Of a DNA stretch of 64,000 nucleotides, positions 1 through 13,315 are shown piece by piece. The notes below the pieces were generated by a model. It searched no databases, was not told the origin of the DNA, and saw only the letters and a program-made list of their open reading frames with translations. Origin of the DNA: Heterodontus francisci (lineage: Eukaryota); contig NC_090404.1 in the NCBI RefSeq assembly GCF_036365525.1, positions 9,982,001 through 10,046,000 on the forward strand. The letters are read 5' to 3'. The stretch's first letter is position 1. Every line of letters begins with the position of its first letter. A program made the position numbers and the translations under genes.

Positions 1-1066
1 AGATGTTTATTGGAATTGATGGAGTAGATGGAGGAAAATATTTCCTCTGGTGAGCAGTCCAGAGCAAAGGGGCATAACTTCCAAATTAGACCAAGTTCAT
101 TCCGGGATGATATCAGGAAATCTATTCACACAGTGGGGAGCGGAAATCTGGAATTATCTCCCTCAACTCTCTCTAGAAGTCGGGCATCAATGAAAAATTT
201 TCATGTTGAGATTGATGGATTGAAGTTAGACAAGAGTAGAAAGGGTTACATATCGGGAGACGGTATTAAGATACAGATCAGCAATTGTCTAATTGAATGG
301 CGAAACAAGCTCGAGGGGCTGTTTCTATTACTGCCCTCTGGTCAGATCGCCATCTGACTCCAGACTGACACATGAGGAGTTGTCACTCGTGACAGATATC
401 AGCAAACTGCCTGACACCGTTATTGAAAATTATTCTCCACCACTAAAAGACTCCTTGAAACTGCATTTTCCCGACCTTTCACCCTTCCTCCGCTTGGTTC
501 CTCCTTAATTTCATCTCCTCAAATGTCGTGACAAAGCGCCAGAAAATTAACTTTGTTTCCTGTTGGACCTAAAATTCAGAATTTCATTTGACACTCGTTT
601 TGAGCCAGTGTGAATTCTATATAGCTCGTGTCCCTGGGTAACAGAGCCATTATAATCAGCGGAGATGTGATCCGGTGCAAGGATCGATAGATGGGAGGAA
701 ATGCGAACATACGAATTCGGAGCAGGAGCAGACCACTCGGCCCCTCGAGCTTGCTCCCGCAGGGATTTCGGGAAGAACGTTATTCAGTGTGTAACACAAT
801 TTCTCCGGCACTTATTCGATTTTTAGGCCGGGTACTTGCTTCATAGCCCATTACAGACTTCGTTGGGTGCAAGTACACCGTATATGTTAAGGCATCTCCC
901 GGATGCTTTTTCATGTTGTTTTCCTTCCAATAAACAATATTATTTAAAGAACAGCTTGAGGTTGATATCTCGAAATCGATTTATTTTCATATAGACAGTG
1001 AAGGCTAAATATTGGTGTCTGATTCTGAATATGAATCTTTGTTTGACTTTCATTTCTGTTTTACAG

Positions 1067-1375
1067 TTCCTTGCTCAATCGGTGATCCAGTAATTAAACT
1101 ACTGCCACCATCAATAGAACAGGTCTTACTGGAGGCGACGGTGACCTTAACCTGCGTCGTGTCTAATGCTCCTTATGGAGTCAACGTGTCCTGGACACAA
1201 GAAAAGAAGCCTTTGAAATCAGAGATTGCCGTCCAACCCGGAGAGGATTCCGACAGCGTGATCAGCACCGTAAACATCTCGACACAAGCCTGGCTGAGTG
1301 GGGCTGAGTTCTACTGTGTGGTGAGCCATCAGGACCTGCCGACTCCTCTCAGAGCATCTATCCATAAGGAAGAAG
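1067..1375 (+). CDS. IGHM: IgM heavy chain constant exon CH3 (cluster A)
   Basis: ttacag| acceptor, G|gtgag donor; Ig C1 domain [46 protein letters not shown]; 309 nt, phase 1. Confidence 0.95.
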
Positions 1376-1820
1376 GTGAGCGGTGAGATTGAAGCAATAA
1401 GGGAGAGGTTGTGCTTATTTCCAGTGTTTGTACAAGGGGCAATTCGTCCTATTAAATGGTTGAATGGATTATTCTGATAATTGAATTGTAATTCACTAAT
1501 GGGCCTCTCCAGAACCATAGATGATGCATTTAAGGGGAAGCTAGATAGGTAGATGATGGAGAAAGGAATAGAAGGAGATGAAGTGTGGTGGGAGGAGGTT
1601 CGTGTGCAGCTTAAACACCAGCACAGGCTAATTGGGCCGAAAGGCCTTTTCCTGTGCTGTAAATTCTATGTAATATTCCAGAATAATCCTTTATGTTCTC
1701 AGCGAGAAGGATTGCATCCGCCTCAGCTCAGGGCTGGAAAGCAGGACATGCCCCAAAGGAGAAAGGAAAACCTTTCTGGAATTCTCCAGTTTATTGACAC
1801 TTATTTTAAATTTTCTGCAG

Positions 1821-2212
1821 TTAAAGATCTGCGGGAACCGTTCGTGTCCGTCCTCCTGCCCCCGGCAGAAGATGTCTCCGCTCAGAGGTTCCTCTCCCTC
1901 ACCTGCTTAGTGAGAGGTTTCTCTCCCCGAGAGATCTTCATCAAGTGGACCGTCAATGACAAGTCGGTGAATCCCGGTAACTACAAGAACACCGAGGTGA
2001 TGGCAGAGAACGACAATAGGTCCTTCTTCATCTACAGCCTGTTATCCATTGCAGCGGAGGAGTGGGCCAGCGGCGCTTCTTACTCCTGTGTGGTGGGACA
2101 TGAAGCGATCCCCTTGAAGATCATCAACAGAACAGTTAATAAATCCAGCGGTAAACCGAGTTTTGTGAACATTTCCCTTGCACTGTTGGACACTGTCAAT
2201 TCATGTCAATGA
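1821..2212 (+). CDS. IGHM: IgM CH4 exon plus secretory tailpiece (cluster A); internal donor after 2150 for the membrane form
   Basis: ctgcag| acceptor; [48 protein letters not shown]|gtaaac; tail [20 protein letters not shown] with N-glycan site and penultimate Cys. Confidence 0.96.
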
Positions 2213-2240
2213 GAATCTCACGATTGCATTTCAATTCTTA

Positions 2241-2256
2241 AATAAAAACCAATAAA
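2241..2256 (+). terminator. Secretory-form polyadenylation signals
   Basis: AATAAA at 2241 and 2251, about 30-40 nt after the tailpiece stop. Confidence 0.75.
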
Positions 2257-2679
2257 GAACTTTTCGTCCAATCGCGATTTAAATGCACAACCGCTCAATT
2301 AATTTTGCTTCCCACATTTTCTAGGGTAGGTCTATTCATCTAAAGTAGGATTTGTGCAGGTCTCGGGCGCACGTCTTCTAAAACCAGGGCTCCCAGCTCA
2401 GATACAACACAGGATCGCGACAGAGGAAAGCTGATTCATTACAGGATTCCGTAGAGTAACTTCGACAATGTTCCTCCCATTGGGACGAAAGCTAAGATTT
2501 TCCATTTTCTAACAAACAAAAACAGCACAGTTAGATCTCGGTGTGCCTGCTTTTGTGTTGTCCATCCCTTCAGAATCGGGGTCAGTTTTAAGTTGCAGCA
2601 CACGAAGCACTGGGAACTGAAGTGAGGGCACCAGACGAATACCAACAATATCCAAAATCACCCAATACATAGAGGGGAA

Positions 2680-2900
2680 AAGATAGTTCATCAACTCACT
2701 GTACCACCGCTTCCTAAACAGAGAGAGCAAAAGGGCAATTGTTAATCCACTGTAACTCCACTTCTGGAATAGAGAGAGGGCAAAGGCAATTGTGAACCGT
2801 CTGTGCACCTCCCCCCAATTCCTCCAACAGATAAAGGAGCAAGGGCATTTTTTAACCCATTAGATTCCAATTCCCCAACAGAGAGATTGGAAGACAATTG
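2680..2900. repeat. Degenerate ~55-bp tandem repeat in the CH4-TM1 intron
   Basis: Recurring cagagagag..agggcaattg..aacc; mirrored at about 38990-39240. Confidence 0.5.
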
Positions 2901-3269
2901 CTCTCTGTTATATGGTCTCAGCTGCCATCAGTAAAAATTCAGCTTCTAGTTCTCTGTGCGAATGTTTTAAATTTTCGACATGGGATTCATATTGTGAAGT
3001 ATGCAACATAATATCTTTCAACTTTTCCCTGTTAATCTTATTCGAACAGATTGAATTCTAATTGTCCAAATCTATCTGTTTTTTCACGCTTGTGTTCCTG
3101 ATGTTTCTGAGGCCCAGCAATGCTGCGTGAATTCAGTTGATGTTATATTGCATCTCGCACAGAACACATTTATACACAGAACAGTGAAGAATATTCTCTA
3201 CAATGCACACTGTCAAGGCCAGGCCCGGTTATTGGTTCTCTGTGGAACTTTGAAAAATAACAAAATTGC

Positions 3270-4020
3270 ACAGGCACGCAGACACAAACACACACATAAA
3301 CACACTCACATGCACAACCACACACATACACTTACACACACGAACAGACCCAAATGCTGATACAAATGCTCCCACAGACACACACACAAACATAAACATG
3401 AACAGACATAAAAGCACACACTAGGGTACATGTTAACACACATACATCGACGCACATACTCTCACATTACTAGAGTCACACAGGTACACACAAACACTTT
3501 GATAAATAGACACATTAACACATTCACTCACACAAATAAACACCAAAATGAATATGCTGACACACACATATGGATACAAAAACAGGCACATAAACACATA
3601 CAACAGCATACATATACAAATAATCACACATTAACACATGCATTAATACATAAATGTAGACATCAAAACATAAACACACACATTATCACACTTTTGGGGA
3701 CACAAGAAGACATAAGCAAGCACAGTAACATAACCCTTAAAACCACTGACACATAAACACACATTAACGTAGATCGAAACATAAACACATCCATTAACAC
3801 AGAAACACAGATTAACAACCTCAAGGAGACACAAACGCACACATTAATCAATAGTCACACACGCATAAACACACGGACAGACAGACAGACACACACAAAG
3901 GCACTTTGGCACACTACCACACATTAACATACATGGGCACACACACACACACAGCCATGAACATTTAAACAAACACATTAATGCACTTACACTTGGGTAT
4001 ATAAACTAACAAATGAACAC
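3270..4020. repeat. CA-rich low-complexity tract (resumes at 5400-5520)
   Basis: Degenerate (CA)n; mirrored as TG-rich 37670-38600. Confidence 0.85.
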
Positions 4021-4112
4021 TAAAATAAAAGCAAAATACTGGAAATATGAAATAAAAGCAAGAAATGCTGGAAATACTCAGCAGGTCAGGCAGCATCTGT
4101 GGAGAGAGAAGC

Positions 4113-4155
4113 AAAGCTAATGTTTCAGTTCAGTGACCCTTCGTCAGAACTGGCA
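4113..4155 (-). ncRNA. Minimal hammerhead ribozyme motif (inverted pLTR)
   Basis: Reverse strand cagtt CTGACGA agggtcactgaact GAAAC ATT agct. Confidence 0.5.
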
Positions 4156-5297
4156 AATGTTACAACTGGAATAGGCTTGAAGCAGATAAAGCGGGGGTGG
4201 ATAAAGAGATAACAAAAGGCAAGGTGTTGATAGGACAGAGGGTCACAGAGAATAACTAACCAGAAGTTCAGGACCCTTGACAGCGTCTGGTCCATTTCCC
4301 ACACCTCTACCCTCACCCACTCCCCTCTCTCCCAGAAGCATGACAGGGTTTCGCCTTGTCCTCACTTTCCACCCCACCAGCCTCCACATGCAAAGAATCA
4401 TCCTCTGCCATTTCCATCACATCCAGCATGATGCCACTACCAATCACATCTTCCCCTCCCCTCTCCTGCCAGTATTCCAAAGGGATCAGTCCCTCCGCCA
4501 CTTCGTGGTCGACTCCTCCATTACACCCAACACCTCATCCCCTTCCCACGGCACCTTTCCTTACAATCGCAGGAGGTGTAACACCGACACTTTTATCTCA
4601 TCTCTTCTCACTATCCAAGGCCCCAAACATTTCTTTCAGGTGAAGCAGCGATTTACTTGTACTTCACTCAATTTAGTATACTGTATTCACTGCTCACAAT
4701 GTGTTCTCCCCTACATTGGGGAGATCAAACGCCGATTGGGTGACTGCTTTGTGGAACACCTCTGCTCAGTCCGAAAACATAACTCTGAGCTTCCGGCTGC
4801 TTCCATCTCAATACACCCCCCTTGCTCTCATGCCCACATCTCTGTCCTGGGCTTGTTGCAGTGTACCCGTGAACATCAACCTAAACTCGAGGAACAACAT
4901 TTCATTTACCGGTTAGGCATGCTGCAGCCGACCGGACTGAACATTGAGTTCAATAATTTCAGAGCATGTCGGGCCCCCCTTTTTATTTTTAGTTATTTTT
5001 CCTTTTTTTTATTTGTTTATTTTAGCTTAGTTTGTTTCATCATTCATTTTTTTTTACCATGTGCTGACCCACTGCTCTGTGTTTTGGGTCAGGGCTGTTC
5101 ATTATTCTGTCAATTAACATCCTCTCTGCACTGATGCGTTGTCTTTCAACACACCGTTCACGTTCCGTTTGCCTTTGCTGAATGGCCTTCTGGTCAGTCA
5201 TTCTCTGTGACTTTCTGTCCTATCAACACCTTGCCTTTTGTTATCTCTTGCCCCACCCCGCTTTATTTGCTTAAACCTATTGCATTTCTAACATTTT

Positions 5298-5337
5298 CCA
5301 GTTCTGATGAAGGGCCACTGACATGAAACGTTATCTC
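5298..5337 (+). ncRNA. Minimal type I hammerhead ribozyme motif in a Penelope pLTR
   Basis: cagtt CTGATGA agggccactgacat GAAAC GTT atct. Confidence 0.55.
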
Positions 5338-6115
5338 TGCTTCTCTCTCCACAGATACTGCCTGACCTGCTGAGTATTTCCAGCATTTCTTGTTTTTTAT
5401 ATGAAACAAATAAACACACTCATTAACACCCACACGCACACATGGATACACAAACATAGGGTAATGCAAAACAAGAGATACTCATACAGACGTACACAAA
5501 CACGAAAGCACACAAACAAAACCGCCAAACTCTTGACTTAAGCAGAATTCAAATGCATTCTTTAAACAGACACTGTCGCCAACAATTTCCCGAATATATG
5601 CTGGACCTACAATCACAATGAAACAATGTTCTCACTTAGTAATTGAGATAAATTAATGATTTAACAACCACTTTCATCACAAATAAACAAACAAGATTGG
5701 AACTCACATCCGATCCATCACCCAGCACCCTTGACAATATCCAAATAAGTCGCTATCTGAAACTATTTTCAAAATAATTGTTATCAATCAGTAAACCTGC
5801 CTTGACATCTCACCATAATAATTCCCAATGATAGAACGAAGTTGATCCAAAATAAAACAGCGCCTGACATGCAAGAAAAAAACTAGCATCTTTTCCAACA
5901 CGGCTTGGACAAGGATCATAAAGGAAGAACAGCTGTGGAGTTAGTAACAGAGATAGATTCCTGAACGTGATGCACTTGATAATTGATACACATTGAAAAT
6001 TAAATTAGAGAATAGTATAATAATTGAAGGAAGAGAACTGCGAATGCAAAATAGCAATCTTATATCCTGGATTAATAAGCAACCTAAATCTATTTCCTCC
6101 TCTACATCCCTGTAG

Positions 6116-6243
6116 ATTCCTCAGACCACATCTGGATTGAAGACAATGAGGAAGAGAGCGGCAACATCTGGACAACCGCTTCCACATTCATCATCCTGTT
6201 CTTCCTGAGCATTTTCTACAGTGCTGCCGTCACTCTGGTGAAG
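6116..6243 (+). CDS. IGHM: IgM transmembrane exon TM1 (cluster A)
   Basis: tgtag| acceptor, AAG|gtgaga donor; (D)SSDHIWIEDNEEESGNIWTTASTFIILFFLSIFYSAAVTLVK with the CART motif; not in the ORF track. Confidence 0.95.
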
Positions 6244-6384
6244 GTGAGAATATTCAATCCACTCACACTTCAATTTGACTGAAGCTGTTTAAAAAATCTC
6301 TAAAAGTTTCATGGATTAAAAAAACTGAGATGAAATTCCAGGACCAGGAAATCTCTGCTTCATTCTTTTATCCCTCTTTTCCAG

Positions 6385-6393
6385 GTCAAGTGA
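6385..6393 (+). CDS. IGHM: IgM TM2 exon (VK*), completing the KVK cytoplasmic tail
   Basis: ttttccag|GTC AAG TGA; AATAAA at 6827. Confidence 0.9.
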   Translation, partial: VK

Positions 6394-8049
6394 TCGATTG
6401 AATTTCGGCCGCCTTGGATTTTCCTCATTTTTTTTTAACATCTCTGCTTTACGAAAAACTCCAAAAATAAAATTCCTTCAGTTTATGGTTCCGAATCTGT
6501 AGCTGAGAAAATCAGAAACATTATTTCCCATTTTTCTGTTTGAAATATTTGAGATGATCGTGGCTATAATGTAACGGTAATCTTCCAGTTTCACGGTTGT
6601 TTGAACTTCATGTGTAAATAAATAATTATTCCTTATCCACAATTGTTTCCTCCATTTATGTTGAGCCCCTGTTTTCTCTCTCTGGTCTGTTACAGTTTGA
6701 CAAACTACTAACAGCTCAGACCGCATGTTTTTCTGTTCTCAATGTGACGTACAGTTATTTTCATTTTGGACCCTGTTTTATGCAAAAAAAAAGTCTTACC
6801 TATAAAATGTTCCTTTTGAAATTGTTAATAAATCATGACTAACAAATGGACTAACTTAGACTTTGTTGAATTCCTTGCCAAAAAATCCATCCACTCCACT
6901 CTACCATGCTGTTGCACGTTTTTCTCCTTTACCGACAGCGATTTTTCACCAGTCCTGTCTGGTTGTTTCTGAACTCAAGGCTCTTCGTTGAAGGAGCCAC
7001 TGCGCCATCCAGAGTTCCATTAAAGTAAAGACACCTTTCCCTCTGCATCATTCTGTTCATCCCCAGAGGCAGAATGACCGCACAGCGACCAGGAGCACCA
7101 CGCTGACTTGTTCCATGTTACGAAATGTCACAGTCGCATGCCAGGTTATATTAAAGAGCAGCGTTCTGCACCCACACAGCCTGATACAAAATAGTATATG
7201 GAAGAATAATGTTCCATCGAACTTTTCCAGGGCAGGCAAGGCACAGGTTAGGTACAGAGTAAAGCTGCCTCTACAGTATCCCAAAACAGGTAGAACAGGA
7301 GTCAGGTACAGAAGAAGCTTCCTCTAAACTTTGCCAGGGCAATTGCAGCATGACTTAGGTACAGAGTAAACTCTCTCTACATTGTCCCATCAAATAGTCC
7401 CAGTACAGGTACAGCACCGGTTAGATACAGAGTAAAAATCCTTGTATCGTGTCACATTCAACACTCCTATGATAGGTACATAATCGTTTAGATCGAGAAC
7501 ACAAACACATGAGGGAGCACAAGCCCTGGGAATGATTCTGAGGGAATGGTGCATATCTTACACAATATACAGTCGAGCACAAATTCTATGAATTATTCCA
7601 AGAGCCTGGGGTCCATCGGACATGCCAGGGAGTGCAAATCCTACCAAAGATTCCCACTGCCTGGGGCCTGTCTAATGCACCAGAGAGGGCAACCCCTGGG
7701 AATGATTTCCAAAGCCTGACGCCTAGGTGGCAAACAAGGAGGCACAGTTCCTGGGCTGATTGCCAGAACCTGGGTCCGATCTGACACAAGAGAGAGCAGA
7801 AACTTCAGAAATGATTCCAGGAGGCCGAGGCCTATCTGATGAAGAAACCCAATCTTTGCATTTTCTGTTCTACCCACAACTCAGACGCTTCACCTCTCCT
7901 GTCTCTCTCTCTCTCTCACACACATACACACTCCACCTGTTCTGTCAGACACAGCCACACTCTCCGCTTTTCTGCTATGCACACGCTAACTCTCTGCTTC
8001 CACCTTTGCTGCCGTACACGTTACCCTTGCCCCTCGGTCACGCTTCCCT

Positions 8050-8390
8050 GACGATCTCTGCTCAGCTCCATTCCTTCTGATACCATCTCCCTGAACTCAC
8101 TGAACATCATCCCAGGGATCCTCTCTCTCTGCTCCATTCTCTCTGATATCATCTCGCTGAAGTCACTGAACATCACTCCAAGGATACTCTCTCTCTCTGT
8201 GCTCCATTCCCACTGATAACATCTCCCCAAACATACTGAAAACGATCCCAGGGATCCTCTCTGCCTGCTCGATTCCCTCTGATACAACCTCCATGAACTC
8301 AGTGAACATCACCCCTGGGATCCTCTCGCCCTGCTCTATTCCCTCTGATACCACGTCCCTGAGCTCACTGAATATTCCCCCAGGGATCCG
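8050..8390. repeat. ~62-66 bp minisatellite, about 5-6 copies
   Basis: Repeated ctccattccctctgatac..ccctgaactcactgaacatca.cccagggatcc. Confidence 0.8.
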
Positions 8391-8989
8391 CCAGTGACCT
8401 TCACACCTTCACTAGCCGAGGTTTCTCTCCACATCCATCACCGTGTCATTAAATTCTTTCTTCGCCTCCCAACCATGGGAATATCTCCAGAGGTTTCTGT
8501 TCAGAACTGAATATCTTCAGACTTTTTCTTCATGTGCTGAACCGCTTTTTACCTGAACTCTGGGAGTTCAGGCGCCAGATCTTCTGTGTTTGAATATCAT
8601 ATCAGGGTAATGGAGGAAAAAAATAGCGCCCCTTTTGAAGGGCTCAGAATGCTTTTGGGAATGGGTGTCTTTGATGCCTGAACTCGTTCTCTACCCCAAT
8701 CTCTTTCCCCCCTTCTTCTGCACCACCATTATTCAGGGACGCCCTGCCTTTGAAGCCACATTTATCTTTAGACGCCATCATGTCTGCCAGCAGGTCTGGG
8801 TAGACATACTGGGTGCATGGCTCTTTTAAAATGCCATACTGACCCCTTCAGTCACAACACTGAGTCAGAAGTCACAGGGGTTGAGCGGAGGCTGGAGAAG
8901 GCACGTGAACCCCTGACCCTGAATCAATGGGGAAAACAACCAATCACGGTGCTGGTTGCCTGTTATTCTCCTCACACACTCTTCCTCAA

Positions 8990-10232
8990 CCCAGGATACC
9001 CCCGACTATGGTTGTCAGGGCCTTCAACTGTGTCTGGTCCATTTCCCGCATTTCTGCCCTCATGCCTTCCCCTGCCTCCCAGAACCATGACAGGGTTCTC
9101 CTTCTCCTCAGTTTCCAACTCACTAGCTTCCACATCCAGAAGATCATCGTTCGCCATTTGCGCCACATCCAGCGTGATGCCACCACCAAACACATTCTCC
9201 TCTCCCCTGTTAGCATTCCGAAGGGATCGTTCCTTCCGTGACAACATGGTCCACTCCTCTGTTACCGCCGACACATCGTCCCCTTCCCACGGCACCTTCC
9301 CTTGCAATCGCAGGAGGTGGAATACTTGCTCGTTTACCTCCTGTCTCCTCACTATACAAGGCCCGATACACTCCTTTCAGGTGAAGTGGCGATTTACTTG
9401 CACTTCTTTCAATTTAGTGTACTGTATTCGCTGCTCACAATGTGGTCTCCCCTACATCGGGGAGACCAAACATAGATTGGGTGACCGCTTTGCTGAACAC
9501 CTCTGCTCAGTCTGAAAGCATAACCCTGAGCTTCCGCTTGCTTGTCATTTCAACAACCACCACCCCCCCACCCCCCGCTGCTCTCATGCCAACATTTCTG
9601 TCTTTCGCCTGCTCCAGTGTTCCAGGAAACATCAACGCAAGCTCGAGGAACAGCACCTGATCTTTCTATTGGGCACTGGACAGCCTTGTGTACTCAACAT
9701 TGAGTACAATAACTTCAGAGTATGACTGGCCTTTTGAAGATATTTTATTTTTTAGCCGTGTGCCTGCTTTTCATGCAGTCAGACCAGCTATTTATTCCAC
9801 AATTAACACTCTCTCTGGACCAATGCCTTGTCTTTCATCACAAACATTAACACCTGCTTTGCTTTTGTCCCAGGACAGCTTTGTTATTAAGAAGGGTCAC
9901 GATGAAGGGTCATTGACTCGAAACGTTAACTCTCTTTTCACTGATGCTGCCAGACCTGCTGAGTGGTTCCAGCATTTCTTGTTTTTATTTCAGATTTCCA
10001 GCATCCGCAGTATTTTGCTTTTATTTGTTATTAAATCTCCCGCTGCCCTATCAAACACCTTCCCTTTGTTCTCTCCCCCAACCGCCTCCGCTTCACTTGC
10101 TTCAAACTAATTCTTTTCTAACCTTTGCCAGTTCTGATGAAAGGTCACAGACCGAAAACGTTAACTTTGCTCCTTTGGCCACAGATGCTGCAAGACCTGC
10201 TGAGTATTTCCAGCACCTTTTGTTTTGTTTTT
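8990..10232 (+). mobile_element. Penelope-like retroelement remnant with tandem pLTRs
   Basis: ORF 8817-9515 ends NLVYCIRCSQCGLPYIGETKHRLGDRFAEH; duplicated terminal motif gatgctgc.agacctgctgagt..ttccagca. Confidence 0.85.
10127..10170 (+). ncRNA. Minimal hammerhead ribozyme motif
   Basis: cagtt CTGATGA aa ggtc aca gacc GAAAAC GTT aact; stem I agtt/aact, stem II ggtc/gacc. Confidence 0.6.
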
Positions 10233-10499
10233 AATACTCGATTCAAAGGAAAACTGACTTCATTCTTCATCAAAATAACGGCTCGGCCTTAATATATAAA
10301 AATGAATGTTTGTTCTGCGTGAGTATGTAAAGCGCTGTGGGCATGAACATGTGCGGCCTGTTCCACAGATAGATGCCTTTCCCAGCCGCTGTGAATTATG
10401 GGAGCCACGGCCTGCGATGGCCCAGTCATTAAATGAGTCCATACAAACGCAACCTCCTTCCAGCCGGTAGGTGCCCGGAGTGTTGCCCCGACAGATTTA

Positions 10500-12580
10500 A
10501 AAGTGGGTTGCCAAGCTGGTGAAGTGATAACAGGGGGCTATATGTACGCTAAACAGCGGAAGTATCATCCCATAGACAGAGCTAAGCGATCCCACAACCA
10601 ACAGATCACATCAAAGCTCTGCAGTCCTGCAACATCCAATCGAGAATGGTGCTGAAGAAATATAAATTGAGGAGGAGGCTCCAAACAAATCCTCATCCTC
10701 GAAGATGAGGAAGCCCAGCACAACAATGCAAAAGACAAAGCTGAAATACTTAGAGCCAACTTCAGCCAGAAATGCCGAATGGGTGATTTATCTCAACCTC
10801 CTCCTGAGGTCCCCAGCATCTCAGAAGCCATTCTTCAGCTCATTCGATTCACTCCACGTGACATCAGGTAATGGTTGAAGGCACTGGTACAGCACAGTTA
10901 TGCGCCTTGACAACATCCCAGCTGCAGTACTGAAGACGTGCTCCAGAACTGCCGCATCTCTAGCCAGGCGGTTCCATGTACCCATAAACTAACACAGCTG
11001 CACAGATATACCCAGGAACTAACACAGTTGTACAGGTATTCCCAGGCAGTAGCACTGCTGCACAGATGTACCCAGGCACTAGCACTGCTGCACAGATATA
11101 CCCTGGGAGTAGCACAGATGGACAATTAAGCCCAGGTATGAGCAAAGCAGGACAAATATAACAAGGCACTAGCAGAGTTGTACAGATTTACCCAGGCAAT
11201 AGCACAGCTGGACACATATATTCCGGAACTATCACAGTTGGACTGGTATATCCAACAACAGACAACTATAACACAGTCATGTACCGACAATGTGGAAAAT
11301 TGGCCCGGTATGTCCTGTGCACAAAAGGTAGGACAAATCCAATCTGGCTAATTACCGCCCCATCAGTTTACTCACGATCACCAGCAAAGTAATGGAAGGT
11401 GTCATTGACAGTGTTATCAAGCAGCACTTACTCAGCAATAACCTGCTCACTGATTCTCAGTTTGGGTTCTGCCTGGCAACTCGGCTCCGGGCCTCATTAC
11501 AGCCTGGATCGAAACATTGCTAATGGAGCTGATTTCTATACTTGAGGTGGGAGTGACTGCGCTTGACATCAAGGCAGCATTTTACCGAGTGTGTCATTAA
11601 AGAACCGTAGTAAAATTGAAGTGAATGGGAATCGGGGGAATACTCTCCACTGCTTGTAGTCATACCTAGCACAAATGAAGATGGTTGTGCTTATTAAAGG
11701 CCAATCATTTCAGTCCCAGGACATTGCTGCAGGAGTTCCTCCGGGTATGTACTAGGCCCAACCATCTTCAGCTGCTTCAACAATTATCTTCCCTCTACCA
11801 TAGGGTCAGACGTGGAGATGTTCACTGGTGATTGCACTGTTCATTCCAACTCGCAACTCCTCAGATATTAAAGTAGTTTGCTCACGTGCAGCAAGCCTTG
11901 GGCAACAGATGGGCTTGGCTGTTAAATGGCAAGTGACATCCGCGCCACACAAGTGCTATGAATGACCATCTCCAACAAGAGAGTATTTAACCATCTCCCC
12001 TTGACGGTTAACATCATTACATTGCTGAATCCCCAGCATCAACATCCTTAGAATTAACACTGACCAGAAACTTAATTGCACTAGCTGTATAAACACTGAG
12101 GCTACAAGAGCAGGTCAGAGGCTCGGAGTTCAGCGGCAAGTAACCCACCTCCTGACTTCACAAAGCCTGACAACCATCTATGAGGCGCAAGTCAGACGTG
12201 TGATGAAATACACTGCACTTGCCTGAATGAGTGCAGATCCAAGAAAACTCTAGAAGATCGACACCATCCAGGACAAAGCAGCCCGCTTGATCAGCACCCA
12301 TCCACCACCTTGAACACTTAGTCCCCAGCAGCATCAAGGCGCAGTGGCAGCAAGTGTATACCATCTGCAAGATGCACTGCAGCAACTTTCCAAGGTTCCT
12401 TCGGCAGCACCACTTTGCTTGGTCAAAATTCTGGAACTCTCTTCCGAAGAGCACTGTGGGTATATCAGCAGCAGATGCCCTGTTCAAGAAGGAAGATCGC
12501 CACCTTCTCAAGGGCAATTCGGGGTCGGCAGCAAATGCTACCCTGGCCTCAGACGCCCACATCACATGCAAGTATTTAAA
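10500..12580 (+). mobile_element. Degenerate CR1/L2-group LINE (RT region and 3' end)
   Basis: Broken motifs WKIGPVCPVHK..DKSNLANYRPISL and GVP.G..LGP; mirrored at 28700-30290 on -. Confidence 0.75.
10975..11260. repeat. 30-bp minisatellite inside the LINE
   Basis: Repeated cccaggcactagcacagctgcacagatata. Confidence 0.8.
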
Positions 12581-13301
12581 AAACTGAAAGCGTCCTGTTG
12601 AGCAGAGTGAGTCTCTGAGCAGATTGTAGACCGAATCCGGGACATCACAGGAGGTGGTGACTGCTCATCAACCAAAGATGGATAGAACAAATAAACGGAA
12701 AGAAGAAATTCTACTGATTCCCGTGGAAATATGTGGACATTAACTTTAAACTTTAGAGTAGTATATCACATTGATGAAAATATTTCTTCTAACAGACTTT
12801 TTAATGTACCGCCTTTCATGGCCTCAGAACGTCCAAAGCGTCTTACAGCCAATTAAGCATCTTTCAGAAGTAGTCGCTATTCCAATTTAGTAAATATTAT
12901 TTACACAGCGTGAGGTGAGAATGTTTAATTCCCTGGCAGATAGTTTTGCCAGTCTGACTCTTGTGGAGGAGTAAACGGATTTGGAAGTCCAGGCTCTTTC
13001 CAGATAATTTCAATTTATGGTCAATAATAAAACAACATCCGATCACAAAACAATCGATGCTGTTGTCTGCCTCTATGTCTGTTTATGACACATTGAAGTA
13101 CCATTTTGAACAGAAGAATTGTCATCCTTCATCTTCGAACTGCCTCAGTCAACAGTTCCGTAACACTTGTAATCTTGCTGTAAACGTACCACCGTGTGCG
13201 GTGTTACCACGCAGCAATATTTCCTCTGATCTCCAGCTGTCACATGTGAAATCATGAAACTTGACGGCTCGCCAAGCTTTGGCCAAAGATGAGGTTCTGG
13301 A

Positions 13302-13315
13302 GCGCCATCCAGTGG
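13302..13315 (-). promoter_or_regulatory. Candidate CTCF site 3' of IgM cluster A
   Basis: CCACTGGATGGCGC, 13/14 to CCASYAGRKGGCRS; identical in the mirror arm. Confidence 0.55.

Larger units (their letters stand above)
4021..5399 (+). mobile_element. Penelope-like retroelement remnant (GIY-YIG endonuclease) with inverted pseudo-LTR
   Basis: ORF 4277-5134 has NLVYCIHCSQC..YIGEIKRRLGD..EH; 4040-4270 is the reverse complement of 5190-5399; TSD-like aacaaatg/taaacac; empty site in the other arm at about 37780. Confidence 0.85.

Noticed and set aside
1553-1820. N-terminal extension of the 219-aa ORF and similar ORF-track starts for Ig exons
   Set aside because: Intron read-through; the true exon begins at the 1821 acceptor.
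3127-3851. His/Thr- or Cys/Val-rich ORFs (also 37724-38748)
   Set aside because: Translation artefacts of CA/TG low-complexity DNA.
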